From contig CAVXKA010000002.1 in NCBI GenBank assembly GCA_963762255.1, forward strand, positions 1,280,001-1,344,000: a DNA stretch of 64,000 nucleotides, read 5' to 3'. Shown piece after piece: positions 50,551 through 60,074 of the stretch. Under the pieces are notes generated by a model that saw nothing but the letters and a program-made list of their open reading frames with translations, was not told where the DNA came from and ran no database searches. The DNA comes from Candidatus Eiseniibacteriota bacterium (GTDB lineage Bacteria > Eisenbacteria > RBG-16-71-46 > JABDJR01). A program made the translations under genes and the position numbers. Position 1 is the stretch's first letter. Each line of letters opens with the position of its first letter.

Positions 50551-51186
50551 ATGAACGAAACCGCCTCGGACAGCATGCTCAAGGCCGTTTTCGATGCGCT
50601 CCCCTCCATGATCTTCGTGGTCGATGACGATGTGAAGATCCAGGAGTTCAACGCGGCGGCATCGGATCTCCTGGATGTTCAGGGAGGTGCCATCCTCAAG
50701 CAGCGAGCCGGCGACGTGCTGCATTGCGTGCACTCGATCGAGACCAACGAGGGATGCGGCAGATCATCCGCCTGCAAGGATTGCGTCATCAGGAACTCCG
50801 TCGGGCAGGCCTTTCAGGGGAATCGGATCGTTCGCAGCCGCATGAGAACAGAGCTCCTCCGGGACGGAGGCAAGATCGAGGTCTACGCGCTGGTCACCGC
50901 TTCCCCGTTCGTCTTCGAGGGCAGACAGCTCGTACTGCTCGTCATCGAGGACATCAGCGAGATCGCCGAACTCTATCGAATGATTCCGATCTGCTACGGC
51001 TGCGGCAAAGTGCGGGACGACAAGGAGTCCTGGATGCGGATCGAGTCCTACTTCAAGACCGGGTGGGGCGTCGAGTTCTCGCACGGACTTTGTCCGGACT
51101 GCTACAAGATCGAGCGGTGCAAGCTTCACGACCACCTGCAAGCGGGGCGCGAGGCCGCAGCGAAGGCCGAAGAGCCCCGCGGCTGA
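50551..51186 (+). CDS. PAS-domain protein with C-terminal Cys/His motif
   Basis: VFDALP..IFVVD...FNAAA; ICYGCGKVRDD...FSHGLCPDC tail; extra CxH..C...CxxC inside the PAS region. Confidence 0.75.
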   Translation: MNETASDSMLKAVFDALPSMIFVVDDDVKIQEFNAAASDLLDVQGGAILKQRAGDVLHCVHSIETNEGCGRSSACKDCVIRNSVGQAFQGNRIVRSRMRTELLRDGGKIEVYALVTASPFVFEGRQLVLLVIEDISEIAELYRMIPICYGCGKVRDDKESWMRIESYFKTGWGVEFSHGLCPDCYKIERCKLHDHLQAGREAAAKAEEPRG

Positions 51187-51247
51187 TCTGAAAGGCCCGA
51201 CCCGGGCTACCTTTCCCGCCCGCGCCCCTGTCCCCTGGACATTTCCC

Positions 51248-51288
51248 TTGTATCCTCTGGCCGGATTCGGCATCATACAAACGTATGA
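51248..51288 (+). promoter_or_regulatory. Promoter and palindromic operator of the TetR efflux operon
   Basis: TTGTAT-N17-CATCAT; inverted repeat TCATAC-AAAC-GTATGA (51273-51288) overlaps the -10 and the ATG. Confidence 0.65.
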
Positions 51289-51899
51289 ATCACGAACAAC
51301 CCACCCGGGACCGCATCCTGACCGTCGCCCGGGCCCTCTTTGCCCAACGCGGCTACCAGGGGGCCTCGGTGCGGGCCATCACGAGGGAAGCCGGGGCGAA
51401 CCTGGGCGCGGTGACCTATTACTTCGGGACGAAAGAGGCTTTGTATGAGGCGGTGATCGACTCGCTGGTCGGGCCGCTGGAGGAGCGTGTGCGCGCCGTC
51501 GTAGATGGGCCGCAGCCGCCGCTCGATCGCCTCGAACGTCTCATCGCAACGCTGATCCATCACCTCAGCACGCATCCCGAGCAGGCGCCGATCATCCAGC
51601 ACGAACTCGCGCGCCAGCAGGCGCTTCCCCCGCGCGCAGGGCAATGGGTCGCGTTCCTTTTCAAAAGCCTCACCCGCCTGATCGAGGAGGGACAGGCCGA
51701 CGGGAGCATCGTCGCCGGTCCGCCCGCGCTGCTCGCATCCGCCGCGGTGGCGCAGCCGTTCTACCTCGTCATGGTCGGGCCTCACTTCGCCGAGGTGGCC
51801 GGTCTTCCCGGTCGATCCTCTCTCACCGATCCCGAGATCACCGGGCACATCTGCGGCATGGTGCGCCGCGTGCTCGCCGCTCCGCGGAGGGATTCATGA
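51285..51899 (+). CDS. TetR/AcrR family regulator (CecR-like context)
   Basis: RDRILTVARALFAQRGY...SVRAIT..AG.NLGAVTYYFGTKEALY. Confidence 0.92.
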   Translation: MNHEQPTRDRILTVARALFAQRGYQGASVRAITREAGANLGAVTYYFGTKEALYEAVIDSLVGPLEERVRAVVDGPQPPLDRLERLIATLIHHLSTHPEQAPIIQHELARQQALPPRAGQWVAFLFKSLTRLIEEGQADGSIVAGPPALLASAAVAQPFYLVMVGPHFAEVAGLPGRSSLTDPEITGHICGMVRRVLAAPRRDS

Positions 51900-53218
51900 A
51901 CGCGTTTTCTCCTCTCGTATTGCTCGCCCTCGCCGGGCTGCTCGCCGGCGGGCCGCTGACCCTCGACGAGGCCGCCCGCGCCGCCCTCGCTCACTTCCCC
52001 ACCGTTCGCGGGGCGCGCGCCGAGGCGCAGGGCACCGAAGCCGCGGTCGGCGAGCAGAAGGCGGCCCGCTACCCGAGCCTCAAGCTCAGTGGCTCGGCCA
52101 CGCGCTATGAGGAGCCGAGCATCGTCTACCCGATTCACGCGTTCGGCTTGAATACGTTCCCGCCCTTGAACCGCACCGTCTACCAGAGCGGCCTCTCCGC
52201 CGCCTACACGCTCTTCGACGGCGGCGGGCGCGGCGCGCGCGTGCGCGAAGCCGAGGGGCAGAACAGCGCCGCCGGCGCTGCGCTCGCCGGCTCCGAGCAG
52301 GAGCTGCTTGCCCAGGTCGCGGCCAAGTACGCGGAGATCCTCGCCAGGCGCGAGGTGCTGCGCGCGCACGAACGGCGCTTGGACGCGTTGCGCTCCGAGC
52401 GCGCGCGCGTCGGCAAGTTCCTCGAGGCGGGCAAGGCCGCAAAGGTCGACTCACTTCGCGTCGAAGCGGCGATGGCCTCCGCCGACGCCGAACGCCTGCG
52501 GCTCGAAGCCGATCTCGCCCTCTCCGAGCGCGATCTCACCGGCTTGACCGGCATCCCGCGCGAGCGGACCCGCGCCGGGAACCTGATCGCGGTCGCGATC
52601 GCCGACACCGCGCTCACTCCAGCGGACGCATCGATCGCGCAGGCGCTCGAAGAGAACGCCGACGTCCGCGCGGCGCGCGCCCGGGCAGCCGCCGCCGACG
52701 CCGGTGCGCGGGCCGCTCGCGGCGCCTACTGGCCGCAGCTTTCCGTGGTGGGTAACTATCAGGTCTGGAGCGATCCCGACGGTAACTCCACCGGCGAATG
52801 GAACGCGGGGCTCCAGCTCACGCAGAACCTCTTCACCGGCGGCGCGGTCTCGAGTCGCGCCGCTCAGCGCGATGCGGCGAACCGGCGCGCGGAGGAATCG
52901 GTGCGCTTGGCCCGCATCCAGACCGGACGCGGCGTGCAGGCTGCTCACGATCGCGTGCGCGAGACCGCGGCCGGCGCGCGAAGCCTGCGCGCCGCCGCCG
53001 CCAGCTACGAAGAGGTCGCGCGCATCGAAGCGCTCACCTTGCAGGCCGGCTCCGGCACGCAGACGGACTTCCTCGCCGCCGAAGCCGACCTCATGAACGC
53101 GCGCGCGAAGCTCGCCGAGGCCGAGCACGCCGAGATCGTCGCGCGCCTCGAACTCGCACGTCTCACCGGCGACCTGTCCACCGACTGGCTCGCTCGACAC
53201 CTGGAGGCAAGACCGTGA
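51896..53218 (+). CDS. TolC-family outer membrane efflux protein
   Basis: Signal peptide, LTLDEA, two OEP repeats (YPSL.L.G / YWPQLSV), TLFDGG. Confidence 0.85.
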   Translation: MNAFSPLVLLALAGLLAGGPLTLDEAARAALAHFPTVRGARAEAQGTEAAVGEQKAARYPSLKLSGSATRYEEPSIVYPIHAFGLNTFPPLNRTVYQSGLSAAYTLFDGGGRGARVREAEGQNSAAGAALAGSEQELLAQVAAKYAEILARREVLRAHERRLDALRSERARVGKFLEAGKAAKVDSLRVEAAMASADAERLRLEADLALSERDLTGLTGIPRERTRAGNLIAVAIADTALTPADASIAQALEENADVRAARARAAAADAGARAARGAYWPQLSVVGNYQVWSDPDGNSTGEWNAGLQLTQNLFTGGAVSSRAAQRDAANRRAEESVRLARIQTGRGVQAAHDRVRETAAGARSLRAAAASYEEVARIEALTLQAGSGTQTDFLAAEADLMNARAKLAEAEHAEIVARLELARLTGDLSTDWLARHLEARP

Positions 53219-54216
53219 ACCGCAAGAAACTCCTTCGCATCATCCCCGTGCTCGTGCTCGTGATCGCCGCGATCATCGTCGCGAGCATCCTGCGCGGCAG
53301 GGAGAACCGCGGCCCGTTGCGCGTATCGGGCACGGTGGAGGCCACCGAAGCGCGGCTCGGCTTCGAAGCCCCCGGCCGCCTGGCTGAGGTCTTCGTGCGT
53401 GAGGGCGACCGCGTCACGGCGGGACAGGTCCTCGCCCGCCTCGACACCACCGAGGTCGCCGCGCGCGTGGAGCAGAGTCGCGCGCAACAGGCGGGCGCGG
53501 AAGCACGGCTCCTGGAACTGGAGCGCGGCTCGCGGAGCGAAGAGATCGCGCAGGCGCGCGCGGAGGCCTCCGCCGCCCGCGACCGCCTGAAGCAGGCCGT
53601 GCTCGACAAGGACCGCGCACAGCTTCTCTTCGACGGCGGCGCGGTGAGCCGCGAGGTCTACGACCGCGCGGTGACGGCGCTCGACGTCGCCAAAGCGCAG
53701 GCGCAGCAGGCGGAAGAACGGCTTCTGCTGGTGCAGCGCGGCCCCCGCGAAGAGCAGATCGCGGCTCAACGCGCCGCCCTCGCCGGGGCAAGCGCTTCGC
53801 TTGAAGCCGCCGCCGCCGCGCTTGATTACATGACCGCGCGCGCGCCGTTCCCCGGCGTGGTCACAGTCCGCCATCGCGAACCGGGCGAGACCATGTCCCC
53901 CGGCAACCCCGCGATCACGATCATGAACCCCGACGATCGCTGGGTGCGCATCTACGTTCCCGAGAACCGCATCGGCCGCGTGAGCATCGGACAGGGCGCC
54001 GCCGTCGCCTCGGACAGCTATCCCGACAAGCGCTATCAAGGCGAGGTGACCTTCATCGCAAGCGAAGCCGAGTTCACCCCCAAGAACGTGCAGACCGCCG
54101 AGGAGCGCGTAAAGCTCGTGTACGCGGTCAAGGTGCGCGTGACCGGAGACGCCGCGATGGAGCTCAAGCCGGGCATGCCGGTGGACGTGGAGCTGGAAAA
54201 GGGCCCCGCATCGTGA
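53215..54216 (+). CDS. HlyD-family membrane fusion protein (YbhG-like)
   Basis: VSGTVEA, VREGDRV, AEFTPKNVQTAEER, LKPGMP. Confidence 0.9.
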   Translation: MNRKKLLRIIPVLVLVIAAIIVASILRGRENRGPLRVSGTVEATEARLGFEAPGRLAEVFVREGDRVTAGQVLARLDTTEVAARVEQSRAQQAGAEARLLELERGSRSEEIAQARAEASAARDRLKQAVLDKDRAQLLFDGGAVSREVYDRAVTALDVAKAQAQQAEERLLLVQRGPREEQIAAQRAALAGASASLEAAAAALDYMTARAPFPGVVTVRHREPGETMSPGNPAITIMNPDDRWVRIYVPENRIGRVSIGQGAAVASDSYPDKRYQGEVTFIASEAEFTPKNVQTAEERVKLVYAVKVRVTGDAAMELKPGMPVDVELEKGPAS

Positions 54217-55199
54217 CCTTGGCAGCCGGCGATCCCATGGTTCGCGTGGAAGGGCTCACCCGCCGCTTCGGTGGGCTCACCGCGGTGGACGGCCTCAGCT
54301 TCGAGGTCGGACGCGGCGAGCTATTCGGCCTGGTCGGCCCCGACGGCGCCGGCAAGACCACGACACTGCGCATGCTGGCGGGCGTGCTGCGGCCGACTGA
54401 GGGCGATGCGATCGTCAACGGCACGAGCGTGGCCCGCGACCCCGAGCGCGTGAAGCACGATCTCGCCTACATGTCGCAGCGCTTCGGACTCTATGGCGAT
54501 CTCACCGTGATCGAGAACCTCCACTTCTACGCGGATCTCTACGAGGTGCCGCAGGCCGAACTGCCGCCGCGGCTCGAGCGGCTTTTCAAGTTCTCCAACC
54601 TCGGGCCCTTCCGGGACCGGCTCGCCGCGCAGCTCTCCGGCGGCATGAAGCAGAAGCTCGGCCTCTCCTGCGCGCTCGTGCACGAACCCAAGCTGCTGCT
54701 CCTGGACGAGCCCACCTTCGGCGTGGACCCGATCTCGCGCCGCGATCTCTGGCTCATCGTGCACGAAATGGTGGCGCAGGGGGTGACCGCGATCGTGAGC
54801 ACCGCCTACATGGACGAGGCCGAGCGCTTCGACCGCGTCGCGCTCCTCCATCGCGGGCGGCTGGCTGCGCTCGATACCCCGGACGCGCTGCAAGCGCGTC
54901 TCGACGACCGCATTCTCGAAATCCAGGTGGACCGCGTGCGCGAGGCGCGCGAGGTGGCGCTGCACGACCCGCGCGTGAGCCGCGCCGCGGCTTTCGGAGA
55001 CCGGCTTCATCTCACCGTCGCCTCCGCCTCGGCCGAAGCCGAACCCATGGCCCGCGCGCTGCGCGACCAGGGCTTTGCGGTCGGCGACGCCCGCCCTATC
55101 GACGCCGGCATGGAAGACGTGTTCATCGACGTGGCGTCCGAGGAGGGCGCCTCCGCCACCGCGACCGCAGGCACGCCGTCGAGGGAGCCTGCCGCGTGA
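54213..55199 (+). CDS. ABC transporter ATP-binding protein (like YbhF N-half)
   Basis: GPDGAGKTT, LSGGMKQKL, LLLDEPTFGVDP. Confidence 0.92.
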   Translation: MTLAAGDPMVRVEGLTRRFGGLTAVDGLSFEVGRGELFGLVGPDGAGKTTTLRMLAGVLRPTEGDAIVNGTSVARDPERVKHDLAYMSQRFGLYGDLTVIENLHFYADLYEVPQAELPPRLERLFKFSNLGPFRDRLAAQLSGGMKQKLGLSCALVHEPKLLLLDEPTFGVDPISRRDLWLIVHEMVAQGVTAIVSTAYMDEAERFDRVALLHRGRLAALDTPDALQARLDDRILEIQVDRVREAREVALHDPRVSRAAAFGDRLHLTVASASAEAEPMARALRDQGFAVGDARPIDAGMEDVFIDVASEEGASATATAGTPSREPAA

Positions 55200-56149
55200 A
55201 CTCGCCAAACCGCACCGCCGCGATCGTCGTGGATCGCCTCACCAAGCGCTTCGGGAAGTTCACCGCGGTGGATGCGGTCACCTTCGACGTGGCCGCAGGC
55301 GAAGTATTCGGCTTCCTCGGCCCGAACGGCGCGGGCAAGACGACCACGATCAAGATGCTGGCCGGGTTGGTGCTGCCGTCGGAGGGCCGCGGCACGGTGG
55401 CCGGCTTCGACATCGCCAAGGAGACCCGCGACGTCAAACGCAGCATCGGCTACATGTCGCAGCTCTTCTCGCTCTATGCGGACCTGACGGTCGATGAGAA
55501 CATCGCGTTCTTCTCCGGTCTCTACGGCGTGTCGGGCGCTCGCGCGGAAACGCGCCGCGACTGGGTGCTGGAGATGGCGGGGCTCACCGATCATCGCAAG
55601 CGCCTCACCGGCGATCTCCCCCTCGGGTGGAAGCAGCGACTGGCGCTCGGATGCGCCGTCCTCCACGAGCCGCCGGTGCTCTTCCTGGACGAGCCGACCT
55701 CCGGGGTCGACCCGATCTCGCGCCGCGCGTTCTGGGATCTCATCTACTCGCTCGCCGCGCGCGGCACGACGGTGCTCGTGAGCACGCACTACATGGAAGA
55801 GGCGGAGTACTGCCACCGGCTCGCGCTCATGAACCGCGGGAAACTGATCGCGCTCGACACACCGCGCCGCCTGCACGAAGGAATGCAAAGGCCGGTGCTG
55901 GAGATCCGCACCGACGACGGGCCGCGGGCGGCGGCGGCGCTCGCGGGACGCGAGGGCGTCCTGGAAGCGGGCCTGTTCGGCCGCCACGTGCACGCGATCG
56001 TACGGGACGCTGAGGAAGCCCGTCGCACGGTACCGGAGACGCTCGCCGCGGCGGGGATCGTGGTGCGCGGCATTGCGACGGTCGAGCCGTCTCTCGAAGA
56101 CGTCTTCATCGCCCTGGTCAAGGAGCAGGGCGGGGCGCCGGTGGAATGA
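55196..56149 (+). CDS. ABC transporter ATP-binding protein (like YbhF C-half)
   Basis: GPNGAGKTT, LPLGWKQRL, FLDEPTSGVDP. Confidence 0.92.
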   Translation: MNSPNRTAAIVVDRLTKRFGKFTAVDAVTFDVAAGEVFGFLGPNGAGKTTTIKMLAGLVLPSEGRGTVAGFDIAKETRDVKRSIGYMSQLFSLYADLTVDENIAFFSGLYGVSGARAETRRDWVLEMAGLTDHRKRLTGDLPLGWKQRLALGCAVLHEPPVLFLDEPTSGVDPISRRAFWDLIYSLAARGTTVLVSTHYMEEAEYCHRLALMNRGKLIALDTPRRLHEGMQRPVLEIRTDDGPRAAAALAGREGVLEAGLFGRHVHAIVRDAEEARRTVPETLAAAGIVVRGIATVEPSLEDVFIALVKEQGGAPVE

Positions 56150-57270
56150 CGATGCTCAACCGTCGCCGGCTCCTCGCTGTGTCCCGCAAAGAGATCCTCC
56201 AACTGCGTCGTGACCGCCGAAGCCTCGTGCTCGCCTTCCTGCTTCCGGTGCTGCTTCTCATCCTGTTCGGCTACGCCATCACCTGGGACGTGGACGACAT
56301 TCCCCTGGCCGTGCTCGACCAGGATGGAAGCGCGCGCAGTCGTGAGTTCATCGACGCGTTCCAGGCTTCCGGCTATTTCTCGATCAAGGAGCGGCTGGAT
56401 CGCCCGGCGCAGGCCGACGGGGCGCTGACCCGCGGCACGGTCCTCATCGTGCTGGTGATCCCTCCCGAATTCGCCGACGATCTCTCTTCGGGGCGCACCG
56501 CCTCTGTGCAAGCCCTTGTCGACGGGAGCGACGCCAACACCGCATCCATCGCGCTCGGCTACGCGGAGGCGATCGCTCAGCGCTATTCGTCCAAGCTCTT
56601 GCTCGAGCGCCGTGAGATCCAACCGCCGGTGAGCCCCGAGATCCGCGTCTGGTACAACGAGGAACTCTCCAGCCGCAACATGATCGTGCCCGGGCTGGTG
56701 GCGGTGATCATGATGATCATCGCGGCCATGCTCACCTCGCTCACCATCGCGAGCGAATGGGAGCGCGGCACGATGGAGCAGCTCGTGGCCACGCCGGTTT
56801 CGCGATTCGAAGTCGTTCTCGGCAAGCTCCTCCCCTACCTCGTCATCGGCCTCATCGACGTGGCGGTCTGCACCGTCCTCGGCGTGCTGCTCTACGGCGT
56901 TCCGTTCCGGGGCAATCCGTTCCTCTTCGCGATCCTCTCGTTCGCGTTCTTGACCGGCGCGCTCGGGCTGGGCATCTTCATCTCCGCGGTGTCGCGCTCG
57001 CAGCTCCTGGCCACCCAGATGGCGATGGTGGCCACGTACCTTCCCGCGTTCCTCCTCTCCGGGTTCATGTTCGCGATCTCGGCGATGCCCAAGCCTCTCC
57101 AGGCGATCACCTACCTCATCCCCGCGCGCTATTTCCTGGTGGTGACCCGCGGCATCTTCTTGAAGGGAGTCGGCGTGCAGGTGCTGCACGTTCAAGGGTT
57201 GCTCATGATCGCGTTCGCGTTCCTGGGCCTCGGCCTCGCCGTGCGCGCGTTCCGCAAGGAGATCCTGTGA
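56146..57270 (+). CDS. ABC-2 permease (YbhS-like)
   Basis: KEILQLRRD, EWERGTMEQL, LLSGFMF. Confidence 0.9.
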   Translation: MTMLNRRRLLAVSRKEILQLRRDRRSLVLAFLLPVLLLILFGYAITWDVDDIPLAVLDQDGSARSREFIDAFQASGYFSIKERLDRPAQADGALTRGTVLIVLVIPPEFADDLSSGRTASVQALVDGSDANTASIALGYAEAIAQRYSSKLLLERREIQPPVSPEIRVWYNEELSSRNMIVPGLVAVIMMIIAAMLTSLTIASEWERGTMEQLVATPVSRFEVVLGKLLPYLVIGLIDVAVCTVLGVLLYGVPFRGNPFLFAILSFAFLTGALGLGIFISAVSRSQLLATQMAMVATYLPAFLLSGFMFAISAMPKPLQAITYLIPARYFLVVTRGIFLKGVGVQVLHVQGLLMIAFAFLGLGLAVRAFRKEIL

Positions 57271-58376
57271 TGAGGGACAAGGCGAGGCGCATCGCTCAGG
57301 TCGTGCGCAAGGAACTCATCCAGATCCGTCGCGACCCCCGGCTCTTGCGGCTGGTGATCGTGGCCCCCATCCTCCAGCTCGTCATCTTCGGCTATGCGGT
57401 CTCCACCGATGTGCGCGACACCGCGACCTTCGTAGTCGATCACGACCAGACCCGAGAGTCGCGCGACCTCCTCGACGCGTTCACCGCATCCGGCTATTTC
57501 AAGATCGTCGGTCGCTCGTCGCGCTCGGAGGATCTCACCGTTGCCCTCGACCACGGCCGGGCGGTGCTCGGGATCGAGATCCCCACCGGCTACGCCCGCG
57601 ATCTGGCACGCGGCGACGCGACCGTGCAGCTTATCCTCGACGGCACGAACTCGAACCTGGCCACGGTGTCCATGGGCTACGCCTCCCGCATCGTGCAGAC
57701 ACACGGCGCGAAGCTCATGACCGCCGGCGCCGCACCGCTGGAGCTGCGCAGCCGCGCGTGGTTCAACCCCGATCTATCGAGCCGCGACTACAACGTCCCC
57801 GCGGTGGTGGGATTGGTCGTGCTGCTCCTCTGCCTTCTGCTCACCTCGCTTGCCGTGGTGCGCGAGCGCGAGGTAGGCACCCTGGAGCAGCTCCTGGTGA
57901 GCCCGCTCACCGCGGGTGAACTCATCGCGGGCAAGACCATTCCCTTCGCCATCGTGGGGCTCGTCGACTTGACCCTCGTCACCGCGGTCGCCCGACTCTG
58001 GTTCCACGTCCCATTCGAGGGGAACCCGCTCCTCTTCGTGGTCGCGAGCCTGCTCTACATCCTCTGCGGTCTCGCCTTCGGCCTCTTCATCTCCACGATC
58101 TCGTCGACCCAGCGCGAGGCGTTCCTTGCCTCATTCCTCTTCTTCATGCCCACCATTCTTCTCTCCGGATTCATGTTCCCGGTGAGCAGCATGCCGACGC
58201 TCTTCCAGTGGCTCACGCTGGGGAACCCGATGCGCCACTTCCTGGTCGTGGTGCGCGGGATCTTCCTCAAGGGGGCGGGCCCCGCCGAGCTGTGGCTGCC
58301 GATCCTTGTGGTGGGAGCCATGGGAGTGGCGGTGCTGGCGGTGGCCTCGCGGCGCTTCCGGGCGATGCACGGCTGA
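57270..58376 (+). CDS. ABC-2 permease (YbhR-like)
   Basis: KELIQIRRD, REREVGTLEQL, LLSGFMFPV; TGATG overlap. Confidence 0.9.
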   Translation: MRDKARRIAQVVRKELIQIRRDPRLLRLVIVAPILQLVIFGYAVSTDVRDTATFVVDHDQTRESRDLLDAFTASGYFKIVGRSSRSEDLTVALDHGRAVLGIEIPTGYARDLARGDATVQLILDGTNSNLATVSMGYASRIVQTHGAKLMTAGAAPLELRSRAWFNPDLSSRDYNVPAVVGLVVLLLCLLLTSLAVVREREVGTLEQLLVSPLTAGELIAGKTIPFAIVGLVDLTLVTAVARLWFHVPFEGNPLLFVVASLLYILCGLAFGLFISTISSTQREAFLASFLFFMPTILLSGFMFPVSSMPTLFQWLTLGNPMRHFLVVVRGIFLKGAGPAELWLPILVVGAMGVAVLAVASRRFRAMHG

Positions 58377-58416
58377 CCCGGGCGGTCCGCCCCGAGTTCC
58401 AACGCCCGCCCGCGCA

Positions 58417-58446
58417 GGCGGATTGCATTGCATCCTGCAATCCGCC
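58417..58446. promoter_or_regulatory. Perfect 11-bp inverted repeat; candidate sigma54 enhancer or terminator hairpin
   Basis: GGCGGATTGCA-N8-TGCAATCCGCC, about 130 nt upstream of a -24/-12 motif; no U-tract. Confidence 0.5.
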
Positions 58447-58574
58447 CGACCGGATCCGGCGGAAGTGACGATCTGCAACCCGCTGCGGACGCGCCCGCAG
58501 TGGCACGCTCGCAGTAACCTCAATCCCGGCGGCGGGTTAATGCATGGGCTGCGAATTGCCGATGACTCTCGAAG

Positions 58575-58591
58575 CTGGCACACTCCCTGCT
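58575..58591 (+). promoter_or_regulatory. sigma54 (-24/-12) promoter of the pilin gene
   Basis: CTGGCACACTCCCTGCT (GG-N10-GC). Confidence 0.6.
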
Positions 58592-58629
58592 CTGACTCGG
58601 GGTGGCCCTATCTCCCACTGGAGTCGCCG

Positions 58630-59004
58630 ATGAAGAACCAACGAGGCTTTACACTCATTGAATTGATGATCGTGGTGGTGATCATTGGCATCCTCGCCGC
58701 GATCGCCACGCCGAATTTCTTCTCCATGCGGGAGAACACCCGCAAGGCGTCCTGCATATCGAACCAGCGCAATATCCTGGGGGGGGCCAGCCTCTACGGT
58801 GCGGAACAGAACATCGTGGATGACGTCATCAACGTGACCGATCTCCTCCCCGGGAAGTACGTCGTGTCCCCGCTCGGGGAATGTCCGGCCAGCGATGTCG
58901 AGGACAACGACGACTACACCATCACCTTCGTCGGCGGGCGCGTCAGCGACATCGAATGCGACGTGTTGCCGGAACTGCACCACTGGGACGGCCCGGGCCG
59001 GTAG
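58630..59004 (+). CDS. Type IV pilin / pseudopilin
   Basis: MKNQRG|FTLIELMIVVVIIGILAAIATP class III signal peptide. Confidence 0.92.
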   Translation: MKNQRGFTLIELMIVVVIIGILAAIATPNFFSMRENTRKASCISNQRNILGGASLYGAEQNIVDDVINVTDLLPGKYVVSPLGECPASDVEDNDDYTITFVGGRVSDIECDVLPELHHWDGPGR

Positions 59005-59056
59005 CGTCTCCGTTCCCGCGCTGCGGTATACTTCACGACGATGTGAGGTGACCGCC

Positions 59057-60067
59057 GTGAAAGTCATGATGCTCCCCCGGCCGGCGCCGGTGACCGCGCG
59101 CCCGCTCGTACTCACCAATCTCGCCGAACCCCGGCTGGAACCCGGCGATGTCCTCGTCGAGGTCTCCGCCTGCGGCGTCTGCCGCACCGACCTCCACGTG
59201 GTCGAGGGAGACCTCCCCGCCCCCGCCTACCCTATCGTTCCCGGACACCAAGCGGTGGGACACGTCGTGAAGGCGAGCTCGGAGGGAAGTCGTCTTCACC
59301 CCGGCGACCGCGTGGGAGTGGCCTGGGTCGGTCATTTCTGCGGAGTGTGCGACTACTGCGTCGAGGGGCGCGAGAATCTCTGCGAGTCTCCCACGTTCAC
59401 CGGGTTCCACCGCCACGGCGGGTTCGCGCAACGTCTGGCGGTGAGCGCGGCGTACGCGCATTCGATCCCCGATGCCCTCGGTGACGACCTCCATGTCGCG
59501 CCGCTCTTGTGCGCCGGCATCATCGGCTACCGCGCGCTCAAGCGGAGCAGGCTCCGACCCGGTCGCCGTCTGGCACTCTACGGCTTCGGCGCCGCCGCCC
59601 ACATCGCGATCCAGATCGCGCGCGCGTGGGGCTGCGAGGTGTTCGTGATCTCGCGCGACCGTGCTTCGCTGGATCGAGCCAGAGAGATGGGCGCGGCATG
59701 GACCGGGCTCTCCGGTGAGCGCCTGCCGCGCCTCGTCGATCATGCGGTGAGCTTCGCCCCGGCGGGGAGCGTCATTCCGCAGGCCCTGCGCGATCTGCGC
59801 CGTGGGGGCACGCTCTCCCTGGCCGGCATCTACGTCGATCGCGTTCCCGAACTCGATTACGAAGAGCACCTCTTCCAGGAGAAGGAACTGGTGAGCACGA
59901 CCGCCAACACCCGCGCCGATGCGCGCGAGCTTCTGGAGTTGGCCGGCCGCCTCGCGCTACACACGGATATCCAGACCTTCGCGCTGGAGGACGCCAACGA
60001 GGCGCTCCTCCGACTCAAGAACGGCACCCTCACCGCGCAGGCAGCGGTCTTGCGCATCGGGGAGTGA
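59057..60067 (+). CDS. Zn-dependent alcohol dehydrogenase family protein
   Basis: CGVCRTDLH, PGHQAVG, CGVCDYC...NLC, PLLCAG, GFGAAAH. Confidence 0.9.
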   Translation: MKVMMLPRPAPVTARPLVLTNLAEPRLEPGDVLVEVSACGVCRTDLHVVEGDLPAPAYPIVPGHQAVGHVVKASSEGSRLHPGDRVGVAWVGHFCGVCDYCVEGRENLCESPTFTGFHRHGGFAQRLAVSAAYAHSIPDALGDDLHVAPLLCAGIIGYRALKRSRLRPGRRLALYGFGAAAHIAIQIARAWGCEVFVISRDRASLDRAREMGAAWTGLSGERLPRLVDHAVSFAPAGSVIPQALRDLRRGGTLSLAGIYVDRVPELDYEEHLFQEKELVSTTANTRADARELLELAGRLALHTDIQTFALEDANEALLRLKNGTLTAQAAVLRIGE

Positions 60068-60074
60068 GTCCCGC

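Noticed and set aside
58501-58516. Second TGGCAC as a sigma54 promoter
   Set aside because: No GC at the -12 position; the site at 58575 fits better.
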